From contig CP154954.1 of assembly GCA_039621445.1 (NCBI GenBank), forward strand, positions 40,417,572-40,481,571: DNA of 64,000 nt, written 5' to 3'. This document shows positions 1 through 11,400 of the stretch, one piece after another; positions within the stretch are counted from its first letter, which is position 1; every line of letters begins with the position of its first letter. The notes under the pieces are model-generated. The model saw nothing but the letters and a program-made list of their open reading frames with translations. It ran no database searches and was not told the origin of the DNA. Origin of the DNA: Euglena gracilis (Eukaryota). A program made the position numbers and the translations under genes.

Positions 1-1
1 G

Positions 2-250
2 TTTCTGTGAGCAAACCCACCCTTCAGCAAACTAAGCACAGTGGTGACCAGGTTGTGCGCTGATGAAACAAAAACGGTCTTGGTGCACCCAGACTGGGTG
101 GACCAGTACCGGTCCCCCCTGCTTGAAAGGGTAACGGTGGCCATGGTTAAAATTTCAAGTGGGGTTCCCTTGTTTGTGGTGTGGCAGGTGCAAAAGGTGC
201 CCTCCCCTCTGTGGAACACTCTTGTGACTGTGGTGGACACAGTGCAATTC
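2..250 (+). pseudogene. Dam-like DNA N6-adenine methyltransferase domain (C-terminal half) upstream of RT
   Basis: Frame 2 reads FL*ANPPFSKLSTVVTRLCADETKTVLVHPDW. This is the NPPF catalytic motif followed by the helix and hhhPxW strand seen in DIRS/phage Dam-like MTases. Confidence 0.75.
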
Positions 251-3200
251 AAAGTGGATTTTGAGCTTTTGGACCACAAAATTGTCAGTTGGCTCAGAAA
301 AGTTTCAAGAAATTGGAATTTGGATGAATTGAGACGTGAGACCAGGAAGTACCCCACAGTGGATGATGAAATGCAAGTGGATTTCCCAGATGTTCCTGAT
401 GTCCACCCAGCAGCAGGCACCCAAGCATGCCAATCCACCTGCAGACCAGCAAGTTTTTGAAACTCCAAGGTTTCCTTTGTGGACTGTTCCCCCCAAAGAA
501 TCAGAGGAATAGGTGAAAGAATGGTTGGACAATGTTCGGGTGTGTGAACCAATAAGTGAGCATGAAAACAGCAGTTTTTTGGGTGAATTGACAAAGGACG
601 TTGAAAGTGAGCTGAGCCTTTTTAAGGAATGAGAAAAGATGTGGATGTGAAGTTTTTCCAGCTGTCCAGGCCTGTGGAAGAGGTTCAGTTTGCAAAACCT
701 GTGAAGACTCCCAAGGCAACAATCAAGATGGATAAACTAAAGAGCATTTCCCAGGATTACATGAAAAGATTTTGACTTTGTGGGCCCAAACAAATGCTCA
801 GTGAAAAAGCAGCAAATTGTTTACTGAGAACCTGATTGGAGAATTTGATAAAGAATTTGAGAAATTCAGAGACCACCCCAGGTGGTATGAGCTTTTGGTG
901 AAATTTTCGGATGTTTTTGGACCATTGGCCACAATTTCTGAGTCTTCCCCCCTGCCTGTTTTGATGGACATAGCTGAAGCCTGAATGGGAAGGCAAACCG
1001 CTAAGGCAAAGGTGTTGGCCCATGCCCCAGGAGGATGAAAAAGTAATTGATCTTCAGTGTGAAGAATTGCTAAAGTCAGGGTTGATTGAGCAGTTCCCAG
1101 TTGGTGAAATCCCCCAGGTGTGCAGCCCCACATTTTTGGTGGACAAAAAAATGGTCAAGTACCAGAAGGACGGTCATTCATTACAGAAAATTGAATTCCA
1201 GAATCAAGGCACTTGCAGCGTTTTTGCCAAACATGGAAATTCGGACTGAAAGTTTGGTCAAGTGTCGGTTCAAAAGTGCCCTGGACATGAGGAGTGGGTA
1301 TTGGCAAATCGCAATCACAAAAAGCGCACCAGGTTTGTCTGAATTTTGCATTCCTTCAGGGAGGTGTTTTCGTCCGAAAAGGATAATATTTCGGTTGATG
1401 AATGCCCCAGGGATTTTTCAGGAGTTGATGTAAATCCGAACCTCCCAATGCCAAACGGTTTTGAGGGTGAAAAAGACTTTGAAGGATGGACACCTGGCTT
1501 CTTTTCCCGATGACACAGGGGTTAGTGCAAACTCTGAGGAGGACCATTCGTATCTTTTGGAAAAGTGGTTTGAAGTTCCAGAAAGAACCAAGTGAGAGTC
1601 AAATCGAGCAAATGTTCTTTTCTGAATAAGACTACTGACTACTTGGGCTTCTCGTTGGGATAGGGAATGTGGCGGCAAACAAGAGGAACATTGAACCAAT
1701 TTTGAGTTTTCGAGTTCAGAATCAAAGGTATTTGAGGCGAATGTTGGGAGCCATTAATTTTTACCGCAGACACATGGAAGGGTTTACATTTGACTCAGCC
1801 CCACTGACAGGTCTTCTGAAAAAGAATGTGAAATGGAAGTGGACTGAAAAGAAGGAGAGTTGTTATGCTTTGAAAAGGAAATTATCTTCCCTTGATGTTT
1901 TGGGTACCACAAGAAGTTCGGGAGAGATTGTTTTGGTGACTGACAGTTCGCATTTAGGAGGTGGTTCTGCATTGTTTCAGTTGCAAACCCTCCAACAAAT
2001 ACAAATTCCTGAGAATTTTCGAACAAGTGGTGTGAAGGTGGATGGGACCCAAGCAAATACCCCAGTGAAATGAGGTTGGTGCCCTTGGGCCACTACAACT
2101 GGAAATGGAGTGAAGCAAGAAAAAAATACACCACGTGGGAAAAGGAAATTTTGAGAAGTGTGTTGGCCATTGCTTCACAAACAAGGAATTTTCAAAATCT
2201 GCCAATTGTGCGGATGACAGACAATGTGGCAGCCATCTCTTTTCAGAAGGGTGAACCCCCTCTCAACAAACGACTGAGAAGGATGTATGTTTTTTTTACA
2301 CCAGTTCAAACTGAATATTTGTTCACGTGGCAGGTTGCAAAAATGAATTCTGTGATTTTTTTGTCTCGTGCTGATTTTGAGAACAAATTTGAAATTCATT
2401 TTGAGTAAGTAGCAAGGAACGCTTTTCAGAAAGTGGATGTTCAGCTTGACCTGTTTTCACAAAATGTTTTCAGCTTGTCCCACAGAGTGCAAGCGTCTGA
2501 AAAGGATTATTTGAGTTCAGAACTGAAAGAATTTTGGCAGAAACTGGAGGTTTCAAAACCCTGTTTCATTGACAATAACTTCTGGTTCTGATCTTCCAAG
2601 GCCATGTACTGTGAAGGAAAATTGGTTGTTCCGTCTCATTTGTTCAAGGTTTGTTTGGATGAATGTCACAAGGCAAGCAACCATGTTGGTGCTGAAAGGA
2701 CACTGATTTTTTATGAGCCATTTTCAGTCCAAGGTTTCCAAGAAAGACATGTTGGAAATTTGCAAGGCCATTGTGATGACATATGAAATTTGCACCCTTT
2801 CAAAACAAAACCGCCCCAGCGACCGTGGAAAGGTCTGTTCTTAACCCGTTCCAACAGTGAGCAATGAAGTTTTGTGTTTCGTTTTTGTGCAAATGGACCC
2901 CTACAATGGTTTTGACTATGTGCTGACTTTGGTCGACAATTTGTCCCATTTTTTTCCAATTCATTCCCACACAGAAAACGGTACCCGGAGAAGGTGTTTT
3001 GAGACTCATTTTGGACCGGTGGATTTCAGTTTTTTGGAAAATCGTCCGTTGTGAGGTATGACAACTACGTCGGATTCAGACAACCCAGTTGTTTTTATCA
3101 GACAGCTTTTAAAGGTCTAGATGTGAAATTATCGTTTTCGGTACCCCGGAACCCCAGATCAAACGATTTGGTTGAAAATGACAACAAAATGTTTTTGAAG

Positions 3201-3828
3201 CATATGCGAGCTTTGAACATATCTTCCAAGGACAAAAGTTGGGTTCAATTTATTCCTTATTGTACGTTTTTGATGAGTGTGCAGATTTCCCCGACAACAA
3301 TGTTGCCACGCCATGACATTTTTTTGGGAACAGCTTGGAGGTTTGTATTACCCCCAGAACCGGTGACAAACCCAGACACCCATTCCCGGCTTTTGGCCCA
3401 AATTCAGATTCAAGAAAGAGCTTCCCAGAGATTGAAAGAATTGAGAAAAAAAGATTTTGAGAGTGCCAACAAAGGGAGGGAACCAGCAAAAAATAAAGAT
3501 GACTATGATTTGGTGCACAACAAAGGATGGCCAAACACATGATGGCCCAAGCTTTCCCCGCCCTGGCAAGGACCTTTTCGGGTTCTCAAACCGAGGTTCA
3601 AATCAGTGCAAATTGCTAGCAGTCCATCTTTGGGAGGGGCCATTGATGTCTCTTCGGGTTTCTGCAAAAAAGTGGGAGGTTGCTTCACATGAAGAAAGTC
3701 TTTTGGAAGAAGACCCAGACCTTTTGACCAGTGATGTGGTTGTGGGAGCCCCAATGGAGGGTGACACCCCCATTTCAGACCAGGTAGGGGACCCCCTCTT
3801 CAGATGTCAGAAGAAGAACAAGCACAAC

Positions 3829-3990
3829 TGGGTTTTTACGATGTTTAGAAGAGTTGGAAGCACAAGTACCAAGGGGGATGGAAATTGGTTTGGTGGGAGA
3901 ATTTTCCGGCAAGCAGCAGTACATGAGAGCCTGTGGCTTCTTTTGTGCAACCAGGTGGCAGAATGAATAAGATTTTCAAGAATTATTGTG
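3829..3990 (+). pseudogene. Chromodomain at integrase C-terminus
   Basis: Reads GFYDV*KSWKHKYQGGWKLVWWENFPASSST*EPVASF, matching the chromodomain pattern Y-x-V...LVxW...S-T-W-EP. Confidence 0.7.
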
Positions 3991-4699
3991 TGGATCACAA
4001 TTTACAACCGATCCTACGCCAGGGGCTCAGAATGTTTTGTGACGTGTCAGAATGTGAATGGCGGTTGGCAGCACAAGAGACAGCCTGAGCTCCCCCCAAA
4101 TGTTTTGATCGTGCTTTCAGTCACGCGGGAGGAAAGTCATGCCACCCCAGAGGACCTTTTGGATTGTTTTTCGGTTCAGGAGACACCAACCCGCCTCGCC
4201 ATGGGTGGATTGTTGTCTAACCTTTGAAGGCTTTCAGACACAAACCTGCCATTGATGCAAGGAGTTTCGCCCAGGTTTGTGTTACCTTTGAATGAAAAGC
4301 CAACCAAGAAGCGAAGGGACCAAGTTGAACGTCGGAAGGAACGTCTTTTACCTTACTTTGCGTTGACACCTGTCGTTCTGAACCTTTTTGTGGACAATTC
4401 ATGTTGAACACCATTCATCAGTGCTTGAAAAACAGTAAAGCCATTTTTTTCTGTGGTGTGATGCCGTTTCGTCATGTGCCTGTGGTGCCGCGTCCTCTGG
4501 CATGGGGGGCGTATGCGAACTATTTGCTGACCGCTTACCTTACTGCCGGACTGGTTTTTGTATTCCTAATTCGAACTTTCCCCCCGCAGACTGCTCGCTC
4601 TGGTTCAATGTCTTCACATTGATTTGTGTTTACGTCTTTGGGACAATTGAAATATGAAGAAAATTGGGAATCCGAGGATTTCAAGAAAAAGAAAAGAAT

Positions 4700-5115
4700 T
4701 TTCTGAGACGTCCAGAATACAGCTTGGCGAAAACGTTTGGAATCAGAAAATTGGAGGGGGCACATCGGCTGGTCAAAAAAACTTTGGAAACTGTCGAATA
4801 CTTCAAACAAAAGTTGTGGTGGATTGAAAGTCCCCGTCATGGGCTTTTGCGTAAAAGACCCTGTGTTAAAAATTTGACTTTTTTCAATGTTGACTGTTGT
4901 CAGTTTTCAGACTGGGGATATCAAAAACCACCCATATCTGGGGGAGTGGGGGAGAGAAAATTTGAGCACGCTACAAAACAAACTTTGTGAGGGCCAGACC
5001 TGCCCGAATTTGATTCCTAGGGGGAGGATTCACCGTGAAAAGCTGGGATATGGAATGACAGTTGGAACTCAAAAAAATTGGAGGATGCCCAAACAACTGG
5101 TGGAGTGTTTGCTAA
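4700..5115 (+). pseudogene. DNA cytosine-C5 methyltransferase-like domain
   Basis: PEYSLAKT (after the eroded PC motif IV), LVKKTLETVEYF, WWIESPRHGLL (ENP motif VI), VDCCQFSDWGYQKP (motif VIII-like) and WRMPKQLVECLL (motif X-like). Confidence 0.7.
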
Positions 5116-5196
5116 CCGTGTTGGGAAAAAAAGCGGATATCGTAGGGAGGATTATGCAATTAGAAAAAGTTTCTATTGAGGAGTTCTGGTTAAGGC

Positions 5197-5446
5197 GAAC
5201 GGGATTGTTTAGCAACCAGCCAAAATGCCAGGTGTGAAAAGTTTTATGGGGAGAATGACGATGCCATGAAAAAGGATTGGGGGGAGGAGGAAACTTTGTG
5301 GATGAGCCCAGCCTGTACTTTGTGGCCTGAGGTGGATGATAAATTTGCAAAATTCCAATTGTCGGGTAATTTCTATTCACCCAGACTGGAGTAGGAGGTT
5401 GGTGAAAAAACTTGTGGCCATTGCTGTCAAAAAGATTTATTTTCCC
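5197..5446 (+). pseudogene. Dam-like N6-adenine methyltransferase domain (degenerate)
   Basis: Manual translation gives ERDCLATSQNARCEKFYGENDDAMKKDWGEEETLWMSPACTLWPEV, then a frameshift to RVISIHPDW. The D-x-F-A...NA, DA...W, W-x-(N)PP and hhhPDW spacing matches the DIRS MTase in this window. Confidence 0.65.
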
Positions 5447-6633
5447 TAGAGGACAAAGTTGTTTGGGGCTGATGGGAGGATTTTGAGGGATACCCTTTTT
5501 GGTGATGTGGGCCTAGTTGATTGGTATTGATAGAAGGCAACCCTCCCAGGGGGGGGCAGCCCCAGGGAAGAAAAAATTGGTGCGGCTGAAGAAAAAAAAA
5601 TGCCGAGGGGGACGAAAACCCGGGGAGGTGCGAAGAAAATTGGAGAGGACAGACAACTGCTGTTAAAAACACAGATACGGTTGGCAAATGGGGAGGAAAA
5701 ATGTCCAAGTTTTGATTGACACGGGGGCTTAGGCAAACCTCATTCAACAAGGGTTGATACGGGACCACCTAATGTATCTTACTAAGGACCTGTTAAGGTT
5801 TGAGACGGCCAATGGGCAAACTTTGGCGGGGGGAGCATATGCGCAAAGGTAAAAGGGATCGTTCAACAAAAATGGAATGCAGAAAGGGGTCCTGGGTGTG
5901 TGGAATATGAGGATAAATTTTATGAGGCAAACATCAAAGTTGACGAAATTCTTTCTTATTCTTTTATTAGCGGGGGCAAAAATGGGAAGTTTTACACTCC
6001 ACAAGGCGTTTGTGAAAGACAGCCGCGACCTTTTTTTTGCGGGGTGTTGAAAGACGGAGGGGCCGCAAAAATTGGGGGATGACACAAACTTTTCAGAAGA
6101 CAATGTGACTGTGGCGTACGGGGCTTCGTTTAATTTGCAGAAACTTGGTATTTGTTTGCTTTTGGAAGTGGTGGACCAGGAATTGCAATTTTGGAGTGAC
6201 GAGGACCTGGGGGATATTGCCACAAATTTGGAGGGAATTGACCCCCCAGTGCAAGTTGTCAACCAAATGAGAATTGCAAGAAATGGGAGGACGAAAAAGT
6301 GGATGAACGGGTGGCTAAATTATGTGAACAAGTATTGCAGGGTTACAGGGGGACGGTATTTCGGTCATCGCCATTTCCGGACCCCCCGGAAAGAGGGCAA
6401 TATGGATATGCACACGTACCGTTGAAGGAGGGGGCAAAGCCAACAAGACAGAATCCTTTTTTCATGCACGGTGAGAGGAAAGAGGTACTTGAAAAAACCA
6501 CACAAGGATTGCTTGACAAAGAATACACTGAGCCGTACACAGCCAAATATTCTGAATGTGTCCCAGACTTTTCCAGTACCAAAAAAAAACCACAATTTTA
6601 ATTGGAGGTGGTGGTGGCTGCTAAGGCGCGCTT

Positions 6634-6798
6634 GCAGCCATTTGCTTGCTTCGACCGCACTACCAGCCATTTGCTTGCTTCAGCCGCACTAGCAGCCATT
6701 TGTTTGCTTTGGCCACGCACGCCATTTGCTTGCCCGTTCCAGCGTCCATTTACTTGCTTCGGACCGGCCATTTGCTTGCTTCGGACCGGCCAATTGCT
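6634..6798. repeat. Degenerate tandem repeat, about 7 units of 22-28 bp (GCCATTTGCTTGCTTCGGACCG-like)
   Basis: Directly visible at the junction of two convergent truncated Gypsy elements. Confidence 0.85.
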
Positions 6799-8199
6799 TA
6801 GACCTCAGTGTCCCAAACAGCCAAACAAGGCGTCTCCCTGCTAATTTCTGCTGAAGAAAGCCACAGGTCGGAGTTCATTCGACGCGTATTGCTGGCTAAG
6901 ATCTCCGCCAACAGCGTAATCTCTGCTGTTGGCTTCCAGCACATAACGTTCGTACGGGTCCGAAACTTCGAGTACAACATTCTCCAAAAGCAAAACTCTG
7001 ATTTCCTCAAGGGCCTCGCGCATTTGGTCATCCCAAATGACATGGTGTTGTCAACCGCCTGCGTTTTGAGCTGTTTGGTGAGGGGCACCGTGATTTACGC
7101 GAATTCCCTCCTGTATATTGCATAGTATTGGGATAGTCCCAAACATCCTTTGAGGTGGGTAATCGTCTTGATTACTGCAGGGGTCCATTTCTTAACGTCC
7201 TCAAGTTTGCTTGGAGCGGCGTTCTGAAATCCATTGCTGAGGATGTTTCTGCAAAATTTTATAAGCTCGCAAAACAAATGCATTTTCGCGCCCTTCGTGA
7301 AAAGCGCAGGTTTTTGGAAGGCGGTTTATACCGCGCAAACACGGTGAAAGTGTGTGTCGAGGATATCCCCGCTCGATTTTGCGGACGCTGGTGGTATTCC
7401 CACCAGCACATCATCAATATACACAATGGCAAACGGTAAGTCGCGGTAAACCCATTGGATCATGCGGTGAAACATGGCTGGGCCACTCCTAACACCCGTG
7501 GGGAGTACCGTCCATTGGTACGAAAGTCGTGTATGGTTGTGATTCGGGGTGTAAGTGCATTTTGTGAAAAGCATTCTTCAGATCGAAAAAAAAATTGACC
7601 ACAACCGGTTTTCCAGTCGCTTAGTGATCGAAACCTCCGTCAGGGGGAGCGGGATGAGACCATCCCTTGTCCGGGAGTTCAGGTACCGGTAATCCAGCAC
7701 CAGTCTCCATTTCTTCTGACCTGAGGGGTCTGGGGGTTTAGGAACTAAAATTGCCTGGTATGTGCACTCACTTTTCGAGGATACAGTCCAGTTGCGTTGA
7801 ATAAACTTCTCAATCATTTCATTGAGAGCCTTTCAACGTTCTCTCGAACAACAAAATAATTTTCTGTGCACCGGCTAGCTCCTTCCTTAAGCTCAGACTT
7901 GCAAACGCCGAACAGACCGCGTATTGCGGGGTCGATTTCGCACTGGTATACTGCTTTTTCCAGCACATCATGAAATTCGCGGTGATCCGTGAACAGAATT
8001 CGCTGACTTAAGATGCTGACCTGCACTCTCGATGACCGCGGAAACTGCCAGGGTTCCATCCCTGTGGCTACTGAGCTTCCTCGGCACCGCGATTTCGGAA
8101 ATTCCCATTGCATCGAAGAACCATACACGCAAAATGTGTTCTTTGTAAGGGTGGTATTTTTTTACCACATTTTACCACAAAAGTCGTCGAAAATCAGTA

Positions 8200-8458
8200 C
8201 ACTAGTGGGTAAATAACACCAATGAAAACGGATGTACGATAGTTAGGTGAACCTTTCCGCACCCGGAATGATGGGTATGAGAATAACTCCACCGGCTTCA
8301 TCCCGCAGAATTTTATCAACCGCACATTCAAGAACCTTTGGTTTTGTGTGCATCCAAAAAACCGTATCACCCCAAAATTTATCAAATGCGTTGGAGTGTT
8401 GTGACTAATGACGTGGCAAACGGGCATGCGCTTTGGATGAGAAGGCATCAATATCCAA
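8200..8458 (-). pseudogene. Dam-like N6-adenine methyltransferase domain between protease and RT
   Basis: A minus frame absent from the ORF track reads LDIDAFSSKAHARLPRH*SQHSNAFDKFWGDTVFWMHTKPKVLECAVDKILRDEAGGVILIP. The NPPY-type motif is eroded. Confidence 0.65.
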
Positions 8459-11400
8459 TCAAAGGAATCAGCCAATGTCGTGATTTTGGAAAACCGCCTT
8501 TCCAAAATGCGATATTGACCAAAATCGAAAGCATTCAATACACGTCTCGCGTATTCATGCACCCGCTTTCCGTGTTGGAGTGAAGGAACACAATGAATGG
8601 ATCCACAAACATGCGGGCTGTCTTCTACCACCTCAAGGGTTAATCCCAAGGGAGTTTGGACAGGCTGGGGTTTTCCCCATTCGGCATCAAATACACACCA
8701 AGTGTGATCGAGATTCTGATTAGGAAGGACGCATTTCGCGTTTCCAAACAACGAGGCTAATCCGCGTTGTTGGAGTACTTGGTGTATCTCCACGCATTGC
8801 GGGCTACAACCAACTGTATCCTGGGGTGTGGACTTCGTTTTTGAAATTGCCTTTTGAACTAAACATCCACAATCGAAATCCGATTGGGTGGAATTTCTCC
8901 TGCAGTGCACGCATTGGAGGAAGTGAGGTGATGTAACGGGTACTTTTTTAAGTGGATGTCGACGGCATTAGCCGGTGAGTCTTGTACAGGTGTGCCTGGA
9001 TTCGGCAAAACTGGTGTAAAACGGAGTGGTGCTTTAGCAGGGCGAGTACTCGTTACCATACGTACTGCAGGCCTTTGGGCTTTCGTCTTGGAACCCAGTG
9101 AAACGGCTGGTGTACCGCTACTCGCTTGCCCTACCTCATGTGTAACGCACGTAGATGCGTCATTGAGTAGGGGGGAGGCTTTCTCCGTAACCCGGGTGTG
9201 GAAAACGGTGGTTGGTATGGTGGACACCAAGCGTTGCCAAAGGGTTGGTCGTCATGGTGGACGCCAACGGTGATGGTGGTTTGGGTGGCAATGCGGAGGT
9301 GGGTGCTGTGCGCAAACCGTGTGAGTGGCAATCCACAACAAATCCATATCGGCGTAAATGTGGGTATCCCAACATTACCCGTCAGACCCATGAATTCCGG
9401 ACTCGTAACCCCAAATATTGGTGAAATGTTGCAAATTTGTTGGGGGTGCGAATTATGCTGGGAATTATGGGCAAGAGTACCTCGAGCATACATCCCAAAG
9501 CACCAGCGCACATGGGGGTGTATTCCGCGGTTGTAATTTTGATCGGTTCCTTGGCGTTTACCAAGAGACGGGTCGGAATGAACCCCAACCGAAAAAGCAG
9601 TGCAATGCGACAACCAGTGTCAATTAGAATTTTTACTTCGGTGGAAAATTTTTGAATGCGTATTTTTTTGCTTGGGCGATTAACTACATTGGTGGAACGC
9701 AGAGTGAAGGGCCAGGCGGAAGTGCTTTTGCATGCCAACTTTTCCCATGAACCCTTTCCTACTTTTCTCAGCATTCCTAGCGGAAATGTGGAGTGGAGGG
9801 AAGGGGACCCGAAATAATTCTGTGTACCGACCGGAAGGCGGATGGGCAGGTGGGGCAAGGTTGATCACGTCTTACCTCCATCTGTTCATCAGCCCAGAGG
9901 TCCGTGCCCTCCGACCTCGGGCACCCCTACTCCAAGTCCGAACCGGCCGCATAGCCGGCAACGGACTTTTTGGCGGAATTGGTGGAATTCAATGAGCGCA
10001 CCGCCATTCGGGCCTCATTAAATACCCGTCCGAGGTCTCATCCCCCTCCCTGCCCGTGGCCGGAGTGTCCTCTTCCAAACAAGGTACCTGGAAACCAACT
10101 GTTTGCCGGTTGGAGGAGGTACCACGGTCCTCGCGGCGCTTACCGCAATTTCCGTAGCCAGGACGTGGGGAACGACATCTGGGACATTTGGATGAGTGGT
10201 GTTCCTTGGAACCGCAAAGTGGATAACGGGATTTGTGACAAGATTCCGCATAACGGGGAGAACGGTACTCCGTTCTACCGTCAAACCGTCGTGGTGAACG
10301 GTTTTCCTGTGGACCATGAGCGGTGTTCCGGGGTTGACCCCGTGACTCACACGAAAAGGATGATCCAATTCGCGATCGGGATCGTGAAGAATAGCAATTG
10401 AAATCCTGTTTTCTGGCAGGAGGACCAGGTGACCGATCTTGAGAAGGACGGGTTTCCCGACCATCACGTGAAAGTGACTTGGGCCTACTGCCGCCAAAGT
10501 AGTTGTCCGAGGACCGTCAAGCGCCCGATTGGCGTGAAAACGCCGAGGAATCTGATCTCCGTGAGGTGGTCGAGCCCCTTGGACTTCCAATACGCTTTCA
10601 GGCATCGGGGTTCCGGCATTCCCGAGACATGTGACTAGCTCTGCACAAAAAGCACAGCTTATCCGTGCATTGGTGTGAAGAACGCTGAGTTCGCTTTTTT
10701 GCACCCATGGTGGGTTGTCGTGGTGACGTGGGTGATTTTTGTAACGCATTACCCGCGCCCGCAGGGATTCCCGTGTTCAGATGCGTTCGGAAAGCGGACT
10801 GTGTCTGTCCCAAAACTTGTGTGAGCTTGAGTTGCTTTGACACATAATTCTAACGTTGTGAAAGAGTCATTACGTGCCACGCCAACTCCTTGCGATGGAT
10901 ATCCTTCACGAGGGATGGTGTGAAATGCAACAAAACCGCATCGAATTGTTCGCGCATTTGCTTCTCGCTAAGGTGCTAACCATTTGGCATACCAAAGGTC
11001 AAAGGATTTCCATTTACAATCCGGTGGCGCACTTTGTCGTCATTTGTTTTCCGGGGTAATCCTGGTGACCAAGCTTGAGTTTATTGAAGCGTATTGCTCA
11101 ACCAGTTCATCAAAGGGTACGCCATTACGTATCACCAACTTACGTGCGCGTTCTCGCTCCTTCCCTGGTAGGCAATCAATTAATTTCATCTTGGCTACCT
11201 CGGGATTCTGAACTTGGGTGTGTCCCTTTAGTGCCCAGTAGTACTCCAAGTCCCGAAGAAATTGTCTCCGTGTGGTTGGATCACCGTCCCACTGAGGTTT
11301 CACCTTGTTCGCGTTTGCGTCGGTGCCCTTGAAGTTTCTCTGGTAACCCGCTGACCCTCTGTTGTATACTAGCGGTTTGGGTCCGGGTAATTCTTAACAC

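Larger units (their letters stand above)
1..4000 (+). mobile_element. Decayed Ty3/Gypsy (chromovirus-like) LTR retrotransposon pol region: N6-MTase - RT - RNase H - integrase - chromodomain
   Basis: Frameshifted pieces occur in Gypsy order. RT: SPTFLVDKK, YRKLN, LDMRSGYWQI, LMNAPGIFQELM, degenerate FPDD at about 1505. Connection: LRRMLGAINFYRRH. RNase H: LVTDSS, YTTWEKEIL, TDN. Integrase: HHCC-like HKASNHVGAERT, rve-like LTLVDNLSHF and PRNPRSNDLVE, WQGPFRV motif at about 3565. Confidence 0.9.
4690..6616 (+). mobile_element. Second decayed Gypsy-like fragment: C5-MTase - N6-MTase - aspartic protease - start of RT
   Basis: Protease LIDTGA*ANLI at about 5712-5745. Pre-RT segment GQYGYAHVPLKEGAKPTRQNPF...LLDKEYTEP, then QTFPVPKK...WR. 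The element breaks at about 6616. Confidence 0.8.

Noticed and set aside
4020-4620. 3' LTR of the first Gypsy element
   Set aside because: The position is plausible, but there is no second copy, clear polypurine tract or TG..CA boundary that I can support.
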